The notes under the pieces were generated by a model that worked only from the letters and a program-made list of their open reading frames with translations, had not been told where the DNA came from and made no database searches. DNA of 64,000 bases from Candidatus Kaiserbacteria bacterium GW2011_GWA2_52_12 (GTDB lineage: Bacteria > Patescibacteriota > Minisyncoccia > Phycocordibacterales > UBA2100). The translations under genes were made by a program, and so were the position numbers. Shown here in pieces: positions 46,042-55,188 of the stretch (within the stretch, counting starts at the first letter, position 1; every line of letters begins with the position of its first letter). The stretch is taken from positions 656 to 64,655 of the forward strand of contig LCQW01000006.1 in NCBI GenBank assembly GCA_001004345.1, given 5' to 3'.

Positions 46042-46782
46042 TCACAATTCTTTACGTAGCGATACCATTATGGGCTTAAGGTAAGACCTCATTTTCAACA
46101 TTGCACGTATAGCGCGTAGGCTCTCGTGTGCGACCATGATAGTGCTCTTGCGATGCGGATACCTATCTTCGTTCCAGACGACCGAGAGTTCCTTTATGGA
46201 AATGTTTAACTTTTCTGCCATCACAAGAAACTCCAACTCACACCACCATGTAGGGTCGACAGTAGCAAGCATGATCGGCCGCACGCGTTCATTCATAACC
46301 CTGAGCGGGCATTGAGAATCGCTCGAATGTATTCCGACGATCGTCCTCGACAATAATTGAAAGGCCCTTGAAGTCAGCCTTCTTGTAAAAGACCTCTTTG
46401 ATCCCCTCGACGACTGCACGCGTGTACCGACGACGATCTCACACTCACCATTCCTGATCATTTCTAAACCACGTAGTACGTTGATCGGTTCTATCGGAAG
46501 ATCGGCATCGGTAAACGCCACAATACCCTCGCCCGCGGCTGCAAAAGCTGCGCGCAATGCCCGCCCTCGTCCTTTTTCCTTTATGCACAAAACCTTGGTA
46601 TGCGGGTCATTGAGCGCACGAACGATATCGGCAGTGCCATCCGTAGAGGCATTGTCGGCAACGACGATAGTCCACGGCCCTTGGCAGTGCTTTTGAAAAA
46701 CCTGAACGACCTCCGTGAGGGTCTCCCCGATTATGGGGGCTTCGTTATATGTGGGGATAACGAGGGTGAATTTAGTCGGCAT
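46042..46782 (-). CDS. GT2 polyprenyl-phosphate glycosyltransferase (GtrB/DPM1-like), intact
   Basis: LVIPTYNEA...ADNASTDGT...FTDADL...VVGTRV motifs. Length 246 aa. Confidence 0.75.
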   Translation of the reverse strand: MPTKFTLVIPTYNEAPIIGETLTEVVQVFQKHCQGPWTIVVADNASTDGTADIVRALNDPHTKVLCIKEKGRGRALRAAFAAAGEGIVAFTDADLPIEPINVLRGLEMIRNGECEIVVGTRVQSSRGSKRSFTRRLTSRAFQLLSRTIVGIHSSDSQCPLRVMNERVRPIMLATVDPTWWCELEFLVMAEKLNISIKELSVVWNEDRYPHRKSTIMVAHESLRAIRAMLKMRSYLKPIMVSLRKEL

Positions 46783-46784
46783 AG

Positions 46785-48785
46785 TTACTTCGCGATCATT
46801 CCCGCAAGAGCCTTGGCAATAGATACTGAATTGATTATCTTTCCTCCGAGGATGGAGAAACAGCCGAAGCCTTGTTCGGCAATGTCCGAGATGCGGGCGT
46901 CGTCATATTCCCTGTACGCATTAACTCCTCGCAGAACATAGTGTACCTTAGAAATCTTTGCGTCCTTAACGAAGGGGAACCACTCTATGCTGCGCTTCAA
47001 TATCGTATCCACATTTGAATTCTTAGAAGACGAGAAAACGTTTTTGGGCACGAGACCATTTTTTGGCACGAAGCGTCGCAGTACCGATTCTTTAATGTGC
47101 ACCAACGTGAAGACGCCATCGATACCAGAAGGGACTATATTTGTGAACGCACCGTCCATGATCGCAAGAGAGATCTTCGGTATGTCTGCTTTCATCCATA
47201 AGACCTCCACAAGGTCCATTCGCATCGCCTTTTTTGGGAACCCCAGCCAGCTGCAAAAGTCGTTGTACCTTGCATACGTTACATTAATAACATAATCGAA
47301 CCTCTCTCTATGTACGCGCACACCCTCTTTTATCGTAAGCTCTTTCTGACCTCCCTGCACTATGCGCGCATGTGTGATCTCGCTGTTCAGTCGAATCTTT
47401 ATACTCTTTTTCTTCAGTAGGCTTGCCGTAATGCTCTTTAGTTTGTCGTAGTTATATATAGGCTCATACGTCTTGATGGTCACGGATATCTTTTTGTTAT
47501 TAAGATACATATCGGATGGGTCCTCAATGGTATACGGTAGTTCGTTGCGATCACAAAATTGCAAAAACTCCGCCGCAGTCACTTTGGAGTCTTTTTTTGC
47601 GACGCTGTAATAGGTAGGGAACTTTGTGACGATCGCCGTCCGATAACGCTGCTCAAAATCGTCTATGGCCGCTCTGATGTCGTTCACTGTCTCCTGAGAG
47701 CGGGGATAATGATATCCCCAATGATGCCGATACTGGTTGATGTAAGAAGCCTCCGAAAGGATGCTTTTATTCTTATCGAACAATGTTACGTCGAATGAAG
47801 CTGCTAATTCGATCGCGCAGTTGCTCCCGAAGATGCCAGCTCCGATTATTGCGACCTTCTTTCTCCCCGGACTAAGCTCTGTATTGCCATCCATCAATGC
47901 GTGCCGGACAATGCGCGCGCCAACTGCGACATCCGGGTAGTCAACCGTACGTGACTTGATGGCTTCAACGAATCTGCACAGTTGCGCTTCTAGGGGGGGC
48001 ACGTCGCTCGCACAGTCGATCATCTCTATATGTGCGCCATTTTTGTATACAGATATTTTTTGGGCTTGGAGATCGCACACAACGCGATACTGCTTAAAGA
48101 CGAGTTTAAGGGACCTTTGTTTATCATTGCCGACCCACCCGAGCTTGAAAAGTGCGTGCATCCCTCCGCTATAGATTGAGGAAATGGTCCGCACACGACC
48201 GTTGTCCTCTGCGTGCTTCCTGACTATTTTTTTGTTGAAAAGATAATCGACTATATCAAACATATGCAGCATTTCCATTTCGATATCCCTGCCGGTATCG
48301 GTAGAGAGCGGGTTGGTGAATACTCCCTCGACGGAAGATGGCCGCTCGTTCATTTTCGCGAGTACACGCTGCAGACGAGTGACGACCGGATGGAAACGGA
48401 AAACATGCCCTACCATGAGAACGTTCGTAGAGTGGGCCGCCTTGCTCTGCAGCGTGCGCACATCTTCAAGAGTGGCCGCCAGCGGCTTCTCTACGAGCAC
48501 ATGCGCTCTCGGGAGACAGCGTGATACTAGCTCAAAGTGAGTTTCGACTGGTGTGACAATATTTACGGCGTCCGCACTCGCGAGCGCCTTATCAGACAAT
48601 CCGGAATATACCGGGACGGAGTATTTTTTCTGAATCAGTTCGCGGCTACGCTGCGTCCGTACGACAATGCCCGCTAGTTCGAGTACGTTTTTCTGCTCTA
48701 ACCGCAGAAGAGTTTCGAGATGGCGCATTCCGAATGCCCCAGCTCCAATAAGAAGGATCTTGGGCCTTCTCTGGTTCACTTTCAT
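46785..48785 (-). CDS. Two-domain oxidoreductase: N-terminal Gfo/Idh/MocA-family NAD(P)-binding dehydrogenase fused to a C-terminal FAD/NAD(P)-binding (amino-acid/D-amino-acid-oxidase-like) domain
   Basis: Two separate Rossmann motifs (ILLIGAGAFGMRHLE and VAIIGAGIFGSNCAIELA). Length 666 aa. Confidence 0.5.
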   Translation of the reverse strand: MKVNQRRPKILLIGAGAFGMRHLETLLRLEQKNVLELAGIVVRTQRSRELIQKKYSVPVYSGLSDKALASADAVNIVTPVETHFELVSRCLPRAHVLVEKPLAATLEDVRTLQSKAAHSTNVLMVGHVFRFHPVVTRLQRVLAKMNERPSSVEGVFTNPLSTDTGRDIEMEMLHMFDIVDYLFNKKIVRKHAEDNGRVRTISSIYSGGMHALFKLGWVGNDKQRSLKLVFKQYRVVCDLQAQKISVYKNGAHIEMIDCASDVPPLEAQLCRFVEAIKSRTVDYPDVAVGARIVRHALMDGNTELSPGRKKVAIIGAGIFGSNCAIELAASFDVTLFDKNKSILSEASYINQYRHHWGYHYPRSQETVNDIRAAIDDFEQRYRTAIVTKFPTYYSVAKKDSKVTAAEFLQFCDRNELPYTIEDPSDMYLNNKKISVTIKTYEPIYNYDKLKSITASLLKKKSIKIRLNSEITHARIVQGGQKELTIKEGVRVHRERFDYVINVTYARYNDFCSWLGFPKKAMRMDLVEVLWMKADIPKISLAIMDGAFTNIVPSGIDGVFTLVHIKESVLRRFVPKNGLVPKNVFSSSKNSNVDTILKRSIEWFPFVKDAKISKVHYVLRGVNAYREYDDARISDIAEQGFGCFSILGGKIINSVSIAKALAGMIAK

Positions 48786-48835
48786 AATGTAACCTTATAC
48801 CACACGAATCGTCATCGCACCCGCTGCTGTATATA

Positions 48836-49576
48836 ATGAGTCCTATGCCAAAAAGCGTCTCTCTCATTTTGCCTGCTACGGACGAAACGAATGCCCTTCG
48901 TATGACAGTGGAACGTACACGGGGTGCGCTGCTCGGTCGAGAACTGCAATTTCTGGTCGTCACGTCACCAAAACTAACGACGCCGGAATGCAGAGCGGTT
49001 ATCTCCGGTCTCGTCGAAGAATACGGCGCGGCGGTCGTCCCGTTCGATCAGATTCGCGCCGGCATTGGTGGTGCGATACGCGATGCGTTCGATCGCGCTA
49101 CCGGCGATTACGTCGTTCTCATGGCATCCGATCTTGAAACGGATCCCGCTGTACTGCCTACGATGATAGCCAAGCTAGACGACGGCTTTGATATCGCCGC
49201 CACCTCGCGCTGGATAGGCGGTGCGCGCTTCCGCGGATATGATCCGCTCAAACTCATCTTCAATTTTTTCTTCCAGCATCTTTTTCGCATTTTGTATTGG
49301 ACGGATCTCACCGATCTCACCTATGCGTATCGAGCGTACCGTCGGGATGTCATAACAAACATACGATGGGAGGAGACGCGTTTCCCTTTTCTCTTCGAAA
49401 CGATAGTGAAGCCGCTCCGCCTTGGATATCGAGTCGCCGAAGTACCGGCGCCATGGGTCGCCCGCACCGAAGGAGTGAGTCACAATTCCTTCAAACAGAC
49501 ATTCGACTACTTCTGGCTCGGTATACGCGTGAGATTGCAACGTGCCAAGGAAATAGGCTATAGTGGCCAGCAATGA
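48836..49576 (+). CDS. GT2 polyprenyl-phosphate glycosyltransferase (GtrB/DPM1-like), third copy. A TATAAT box at 48832-48837 overlaps the first ATG, so the true start may be the MPKS ATG at 48845 (leaderless).
   Basis: LILPATDE...MASDLETDP...ATSRW...EVPAPWVARTEGVSHNS motifs. Confidence 0.65.
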   Translation: MSPMPKSVSLILPATDETNALRMTVERTRGALLGRELQFLVVTSPKLTTPECRAVISGLVEEYGAAVVPFDQIRAGIGGAIRDAFDRATGDYVVLMASDLETDPAVLPTMIAKLDDGFDIAATSRWIGGARFRGYDPLKLIFNFFFQHLFRILYWTDLTDLTYAYRAYRRDVITNIRWEETRFPFLFETIVKPLRLGYRVAEVPAPWVARTEGVSHNSFKQTFDYFWLGIRVRLQRAKEIGYSGQQ

Positions 49577-50646
49577 AACAGCGGCCGGCGCTTATCACGG
49601 GAGGATGTGGTTTTGTAGGCAGACACCTGGTAAGGGGACTTCTTGAGCGCGGAGTGCGGGAGATATGGCTCGTGGACGACCTTTCGACCGGACGTTCGCC
49701 GGAAGAGTGGTTATCACGCCGTTGGAAGAAGAAAACATCGAACGGCCTTAGCCGCTATCGCTCAGGCGACACAACCATCGTGCTCGTGAAAGGAGATGCT
49801 ATCCGTTTTTTTCGCGATCAGATATCAGGCACGAGCAAAATAAAACTTCCTACGTTTGGCGACGTTTTCCACCTTGCGTCTATCGTCGGGGGCCGCGCCC
49901 TCATCGAAGGAGATCCGCTTATGGTCGCGACCGACCTTGCTATCGATGCGCTATTTTTCTTGTGGATCACGCGCGATCCAAAAAGAGTAGAGCGCGTTAT
50001 GTACGCTTCGTCGTCCGCGGCATACCCGATCCATTTGCAAGGCACGCGCGGCGCCATCGCTCTTTCCGAAAAAGAGATCGATTTCAACGCACCGACGCTC
50101 GGCATCCCCGATCTCACCTACGGCTGGTCAAAACTCACTGGCGAATACCTCGCGCGTCTCGCTCACAAAAAATACGGGATACGCCTCGCCTGCGTGCGGC
50201 CATTTTCCGGCTACGGCGAAGACCAGGACCTTACCTATCCCACCCCCTCCATCGCAATGCGCGTCGCGCGCGGCGATGATCCTATCGAAGTGTGGGGTAC
50301 CGGGGAGCAAGCGCGCGATTTCGTACATATAGATGACTGTGTGGATGCTTTTTTTGCGATACTCGATCACATAGAAGACGGCCGCGGCATCAACATCGGC
50401 AGCGGCATCTCTACGTCGTTCAATCAGCTGATCGGACACATGCTCAAGATAGAGAAACGCACAGCCGCCATCAAGCCGCTTTCCGAGAAGCCGGCCGGCG
50501 TTGCCAACCGGTATGCGGATACGTCCTATCTCCTCAAGAAGGTCGGTTGGAAACCGAACATATCTCTTACCGATGGTCTCACGCGTGTCTTGCGTGGCGT
50601 ACGCGAGCGTTTGGGCGGCAACGACCTGCCTTTCTCAATATCATGA
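49573..50646 (+). CDS. NAD-dependent epimerase/dehydratase family protein
   Basis: ITGGCGFVGRHL Rossmann motif, 357 aa. ATGA overlap with the downstream gene. Confidence 0.7.
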   Translation: MKQRPALITGGCGFVGRHLVRGLLERGVREIWLVDDLSTGRSPEEWLSRRWKKKTSNGLSRYRSGDTTIVLVKGDAIRFFRDQISGTSKIKLPTFGDVFHLASIVGGRALIEGDPLMVATDLAIDALFFLWITRDPKRVERVMYASSSAAYPIHLQGTRGAIALSEKEIDFNAPTLGIPDLTYGWSKLTGEYLARLAHKKYGIRLACVRPFSGYGEDQDLTYPTPSIAMRVARGDDPIEVWGTGEQARDFVHIDDCVDAFFAILDHIEDGRGINIGSGISTSFNQLIGHMLKIEKRTAAIKPLSEKPAGVANRYADTSYLLKKVGWKPNISLTDGLTRVLRGVRERLGGNDLPFSIS

Positions 50647-51782
50647 ATAAAGCACCACACTACGCGATCGTAACGACCACGATATTCATACCGAAGCTCC
50701 TGAAAGCATACGTCGCAGATGCAAAAAAATATAACCGCGACATCCTTTTTGTGGTGATAGGAGACAAGAAAACGCCGCCGGAGACCGAAGTCTTTTGCCG
50801 TGAACTTCAACGCACGAGCGGTTTTCGCGTCGAGTACTTTTCTCCGGAGATGCAGGAGTCGTACCTCTCGCGATTTCCGTCGCTCAAAAAATATCTACCA
50901 TGGAATTGCATCATGCGCCGCAATGTCGGCATGCTGTATGCCTATGAACAAGGCTGCGAAATTATCGCTACGATAGATGACGACAATTTCCTCGCCGCAC
51001 CGGATTATGTGGGCAATCATCGGCTCGGTGGCGAGGTGCCCATGAGCGTCATTACCTCGTCGACCAAATGGGCGAATGTGTGCCGGCTCCTCGATGAAAA
51101 ACAGGGGCGCACGATCTACCACCGCGGTTTTCCGCTTGAAAAACGGATGAAAAACGAAAAGTGGACGGAGCGCCGGCAAAAAGTAACCCCCGTCGTCAAT
51201 GCGGGGCTCTGGCTCGGAGAGCCGGACGTGGATGCGATCGAGCGACTGTACCATTTCACCGACCCGACGACGGCGACGAAATGGAATCGTAAAGAGAACA
51301 TTGCGCTCGGGCGCGGCACGTGGTCGCCGTTCAATTCACAGAACACTGCACTTCTGCGACGCGCGATACCTGCGTACTTCCTCTCGCCGATGCCAAGCGG
51401 ATATTTCGACAAGAATGGGAATGCTATTCCCACACGCTATGACGATATCTGGGGTGCCTACATTCTGAAGCACATCGCCGACCACATGGGTGAAGCTATC
51501 ACCTTCGGGGCACCGATAGTCCGTCAGAACCGCAACCCGCACAACTACTGGAAAGATTTTGACATGGAGCGGCACGGCCTCGCTCTTTCGGAAAGATTCG
51601 TAAAAACGCTCGCGTCGATATCTTTGAATGGCAAAGATTACCGGTCCTGCTATGCGGAGCTCGCGATGTTATTCCCCGGTGCGATGCTCGCCAGAGCCGA
51701 TCTTTCCCCGCAAGAGCGCACGTACCTTGAAGGATATTTCGAAGGTATGCGCATATGGCGCGACACGTTTTCCTCGTTATAA
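50643..51782 (+). CDS. Hypothetical protein, possibly a GT-A-like nucleotide-sugar transferase/mutase (reversibly-glycosylated-polypeptide-like)
   Basis: IIATIDDDNF acidic motif. Start at the MNKAPHY ATG, which forms an ATGA overlap with the upstream stop. Confidence 0.25.
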   Translation: MNKAPHYAIVTTTIFIPKLLKAYVADAKKYNRDILFVVIGDKKTPPETEVFCRELQRTSGFRVEYFSPEMQESYLSRFPSLKKYLPWNCIMRRNVGMLYAYEQGCEIIATIDDDNFLAAPDYVGNHRLGGEVPMSVITSSTKWANVCRLLDEKQGRTIYHRGFPLEKRMKNEKWTERRQKVTPVVNAGLWLGEPDVDAIERLYHFTDPTTATKWNRKENIALGRGTWSPFNSQNTALLRRAIPAYFLSPMPSGYFDKNGNAIPTRYDDIWGAYILKHIADHMGEAITFGAPIVRQNRNPHNYWKDFDMERHGLALSERFVKTLASISLNGKDYRSCYAELAMLFPGAMLARADLSPQERTYLEGYFEGMRIWRDTFSSL

Positions 51783-51788
51783 AAGGAA

Positions 51789-51813
51789 CAGACCGGCGAG
51801 ATGTGCCGGTCTG
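51789..51813. terminator. Hairpin CAGACCGGC-gagatgt-GCCGGTCTG between convergent genes
   Basis: 9-bp perfect stem 7 nt after the stop codon at 51782. No clear U-tract. Confidence 0.4.
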
Positions 51814-51829
51814 CAGTTACAAGTAAAGA

Positions 51830-52504
51830 TCACGGATTGGTCGCGAGAAGCTTCTGGATGCCGAAGCGCTCCTGCGCCATCGTCAAGGCATATGCCTTGG
51901 ATTGATTCATCGCAACGAATTCGTCGAACATTTCGGGAAGGAACTGCTCGGCATCGACAAATGAGACCCGCTCGGCTATCGCTGCCGCATCCGATCCGTT
52001 CCTGCGAACGTAGTCCTTCAGGAGCAGACGGCATCTCGGAAGGCGGAACGCCATCGCAACGACAGTGGCCTGATCATGTCTTTCCGCGAGCTTCAGGAGC
52101 TCCCGAGTATCGTCCTCGGTGGTTTCTGTTTTTCCGATGACATCCGCGGCTTGGCTGAGATACCCACACATCACAATAGCTTCAGACATAATTTTTGCGC
52201 CACTGACCGGGATTATCTCGTTGCCGAACTTCTTTTTCATCGACGGCGGGATACCCCCAATGAATGCAATTGAGGCGGTACTATCCTCAAGCCACAGCCG
52301 ATGAACGGCTTTGACGACTGCTTTTCCACCTCCGAGATATGCGATATCGGAGTTCGGATCTAGGTCCGGCCGATGGATGTGCGTGCGCACTACCCGGTCG
52401 TCAGGATGTTCACGAGGTTCGATCTCTTGGACGAGATCAGACGGCTGCCATCCATTCTGGCCTTTTACTATCGTATGTCCGTAAGCCGCGATAAGCTTTC
52501 TCAA
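51830..52504 (-). CDS. DUF218/YdcF(SanA/ElyC)-like protein
   Basis: IAYLGGG...SEAIVMCGYL...FRLPRCRLL pattern resembling DUF218 motifs. Confidence 0.4.
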   Translation of the reverse strand: MRKLIAAYGHTIVKGQNGWQPSDLVQEIEPREHPDDRVVRTHIHRPDLDPNSDIAYLGGGKAVVKAVHRLWLEDSTASIAFIGGIPPSMKKKFGNEIIPVSGAKIMSEAIVMCGYLSQAADVIGKTETTEDDTRELLKLAERHDQATVVAMAFRLPRCRLLLKDYVRRNGSDAAAIAERVSFVDAEQFLPEMFDEFVAMNQSKAYALTMAQERFGIQKLLATNP

Positions 52505-52579
52505 CGAAATCTCCCATGTTTAGAGCCACGCTTTAACTTTCAAGACTTTACCACATATAAATGAAAAGGCAATGATCGC

Positions 52580-54124
52580 CTATTTCACCTTGTACACGCG
52601 CAGTCGCGATACCGGTTCGTAGACGAACTGCAGGTGGTCAAATACATTGTCGACCCCGAGGAAATAATTGTACCGATAGCCGATATATACATCGTAATCG
52701 GCCAGATAGTCGATCTTTTCATCATGAATGTACTGCCAGAGTTTTTTCTCTTTCAATGCCGCAAATGCAGAATTATTTACGAGCCCGTCCAGATTCACCA
52801 CGCGGTGCGTCGAGAAATATCCCTGCACGCCGGCATTGAACGCGCCTATCACGGCACCTTTTGGCACATTTTCATTCATCCAGACTGTTCCCTTGATGAT
52901 ATCAACGGGCATAGAATTTTTGCTTTTCGATATCTCCCTGCTCCAGTTGATGTAGAACACCGAGAGTGAAAATAGGATAAGCACCGTCGCAACGAGTGGT
53001 CGCATGTATCCTTCCTCGCGAAGTTTTTCCAGAAACCACGCGAGCCAGATAGCGATCAAGAGATCGACGGCGATGAAGTACCACGGGCGCACCGTCCACC
53101 GTATCGATGCGTTCGCGATGAAATCAAGTACGAATCCAGACGCAACGAAAAGTTCGACGGGTATTCTGTATCTGTCTAGAAGGGCGCGGCCGCGGCCGAA
53201 CGCCAGATAGCCGATACAAAGACCGCTCATGAGAAGGAGAATGAGCGGGATGCCCGTCTGCGGCTCGAGATCGCGAAGCGCGTTGTCGGTAAAATATGCG
53301 ACAGCTTTGCCACTCTGGAACCAGCTTGGTCCGTGATCTTGAACGATAAGCTGATGGTTGACCATCGTGCTGGCCAGTGACGAAGATGTAAAGAGCATGC
53401 CGAAATTTACAAAGTTGAACAGGAGCCACGGCGCGACCAGTATCGTGGCCGCAATGCCGCTTACGAGTATGGGGCGAACACTTTTTTTGACGCCGTCGCG
53501 ATATGCAAGATATGCAAGATATCCGAGAAAATAGAACACATTGTCGAGCCGCGCGAGCATCATCAATCCCCCGATAATTCCTGTCTCGACGAAACGACGC
53601 GTCGTTGGTTTTTCACCAACACGGATGCATGAAAGAAAGAATAGTGCGATGAAGAAAACAGAAAGTGACGTTTCAAGTCCGTTCAACATTTGATATTGTA
53701 CGAAAGGATTGAAGAACCAAAAACCGAGCGCGCCCACCTTTACCCACGCATTTTTCGTATACCGGCCGATTATTGCAAGCAAAACCACTCCGGTCGCTGC
53801 GTACAGAAATGCCGACAGCACAAGTACCCCCTGTATGGGCGCGAAGTCATGCACGCCCGAGGCGGAAAGGTAGTGGAATACGGGAAGAATGGCGAGGAGC
53901 CACAGTGGATGATATCCGTTGGTCAGATGCACGCCGTCGAACGTCGACCCTAATCCATGGACGATGTTGCGGGCGATCTGAAAATAATAGAAAGAGTCGT
54001 CAATAACGAGGTACCCGAACACGAATTCGAATGACCGGAGTGCAAGAAAAAGTGAGAACGCGCCTCCGATGAGGATGACGAGGAGCGGCAGCCAGTTGGT
54101 CCTGATGAATTGCATAGATGGCAT
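52580..54124 (-). CDS. Polytopic membrane protein, probable GT-C-like glycosyltransferase
   Basis: More than 10 TM helices with a DDSFYYFQIARNI first-loop motif. Confidence 0.4.
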   Translation of the reverse strand: MPSMQFIRTNWLPLLVILIGGAFSLFLALRSFEFVFGYLVIDDSFYYFQIARNIVHGLGSTFDGVHLTNGYHPLWLLAILPVFHYLSASGVHDFAPIQGVLVLSAFLYAATGVVLLAIIGRYTKNAWVKVGALGFWFFNPFVQYQMLNGLETSLSVFFIALFFLSCIRVGEKPTTRRFVETGIIGGLMMLARLDNVFYFLGYLAYLAYRDGVKKSVRPILVSGIAATILVAPWLLFNFVNFGMLFTSSSLASTMVNHQLIVQDHGPSWFQSGKAVAYFTDNALRDLEPQTGIPLILLLMSGLCIGYLAFGRGRALLDRYRIPVELFVASGFVLDFIANASIRWTVRPWYFIAVDLLIAIWLAWFLEKLREEGYMRPLVATVLILFSLSVFYINWSREISKSKNSMPVDIIKGTVWMNENVPKGAVIGAFNAGVQGYFSTHRVVNLDGLVNNSAFAALKEKKLWQYIHDEKIDYLADYDVYIGYRYNYFLGVDNVFDHLQFVYEPVSRLRVYKVK

Positions 54125-55188
54125 TATTGTATTTCTTCGGCCAGACGCCCCACGAGTGCATGCAGACTATTGGCTTCGGCAAGCTTCTTACCCTCTTCCC
54201 GCATACGGTCTTTTTCGAGCACTGATATCTTCAGCATTTCTTTCAGTTTGACCGCCAGATCGCGTGCTGTACCGTCGAACCACAGCCGCGGGTCGGCTAC
54301 TTTCTTATAATCCTCGCTCGAGGCTATCGCAAGCGCGCCGCACGCGAGCGCTTCGAAAATCGTTTTGTCGTACATGCCGCTCTCGCTGCAATTGACGAAC
54401 AACTCATGCGCGCCGTAGAGCGCCGGTGTTTTTTTATTGCTGATGCCGGAATGGAATTGGATGAGGTGCTCGAGCCGCGCCACAATGCAGCGTTGCCGGA
54501 GGCTCGCTTCATACGCGGCATCCTGCGGAAACGCATCTCCGTAGATGTGCGCCTTCAATTGAAAACCGCTTTCCGTAAGTATGCCGATGGCATCAATAAG
54601 TATCTCGAGCCGCTTCGAGGGGGCTATGCGACCGATCGAGAGCACCGATTCTTTCCGCGGCATTTCTTCCACTTTGAATATTTCCGTATCAATGCCGACT
54701 GGCATTACAACCGTCTTCGCATATTTTGCAGTGTATGAATACTTCGAGGTGCAGAAAACCTTGGCGCACAAAGAGGCCGCCCGGTCAGTCGCCCCGCCGC
54801 CAGCGTAGTGATTGCGCCAGAGGTACACGGGTTTGTGAAGCACTTTCCACAGCCATCCCGCGATAAGTATGTACTCTTGATTCATGTGGACAAACACCGC
54901 GTCGTAGCGGAAGCTCAAGCGCAGCACAAGCCTGAGAAAACGCAGCCCGTACCGAAGTCTCTGCGACAACGTTGAACGAACATCCGCCCACGCTTCGGCC
55001 TTTCGTTTACCGAGCGAGTACACTTCCACGTTGGCCGGTAGTACATGCCTGCCCTCCGACAAACAAAAGACGATGACATTATCAAAACGCGTCGCCAGTT
55101 CCTCTATCCACCGGTGAAAAAACCCGAGGCCCGGATTATCGAGATCAACGGCTTGTGTTACTATCAATAGTTTCGTTTTCGTCATCAT
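54124..55188 (-). CDS. Glycosyltransferase family 4
   Basis: GT-B fold with GFFHRWIEELATRF in the N-terminal domain and a GT4-like C-terminal domain. 1-nt TAATG overlap with the downstream gene. Confidence 0.7.
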   Translation of the reverse strand: MMTKTKLLIVTQAVDLDNPGLGFFHRWIEELATRFDNVIVFCLSEGRHVLPANVEVYSLGKRKAEAWADVRSTLSQRLRYGLRFLRLVLRLSFRYDAVFVHMNQEYILIAGWLWKVLHKPVYLWRNHYAGGGATDRAASLCAKVFCTSKYSYTAKYAKTVVMPVGIDTEIFKVEEMPRKESVLSIGRIAPSKRLEILIDAIGILTESGFQLKAHIYGDAFPQDAAYEASLRQRCIVARLEHLIQFHSGISNKKTPALYGAHELFVNCSESGMYDKTIFEALACGALAIASSEDYKKVADPRLWFDGTARDLAVKLKEMLKISVLEKDRMREEGKKLAEANSLHALVGRLAEEIQ

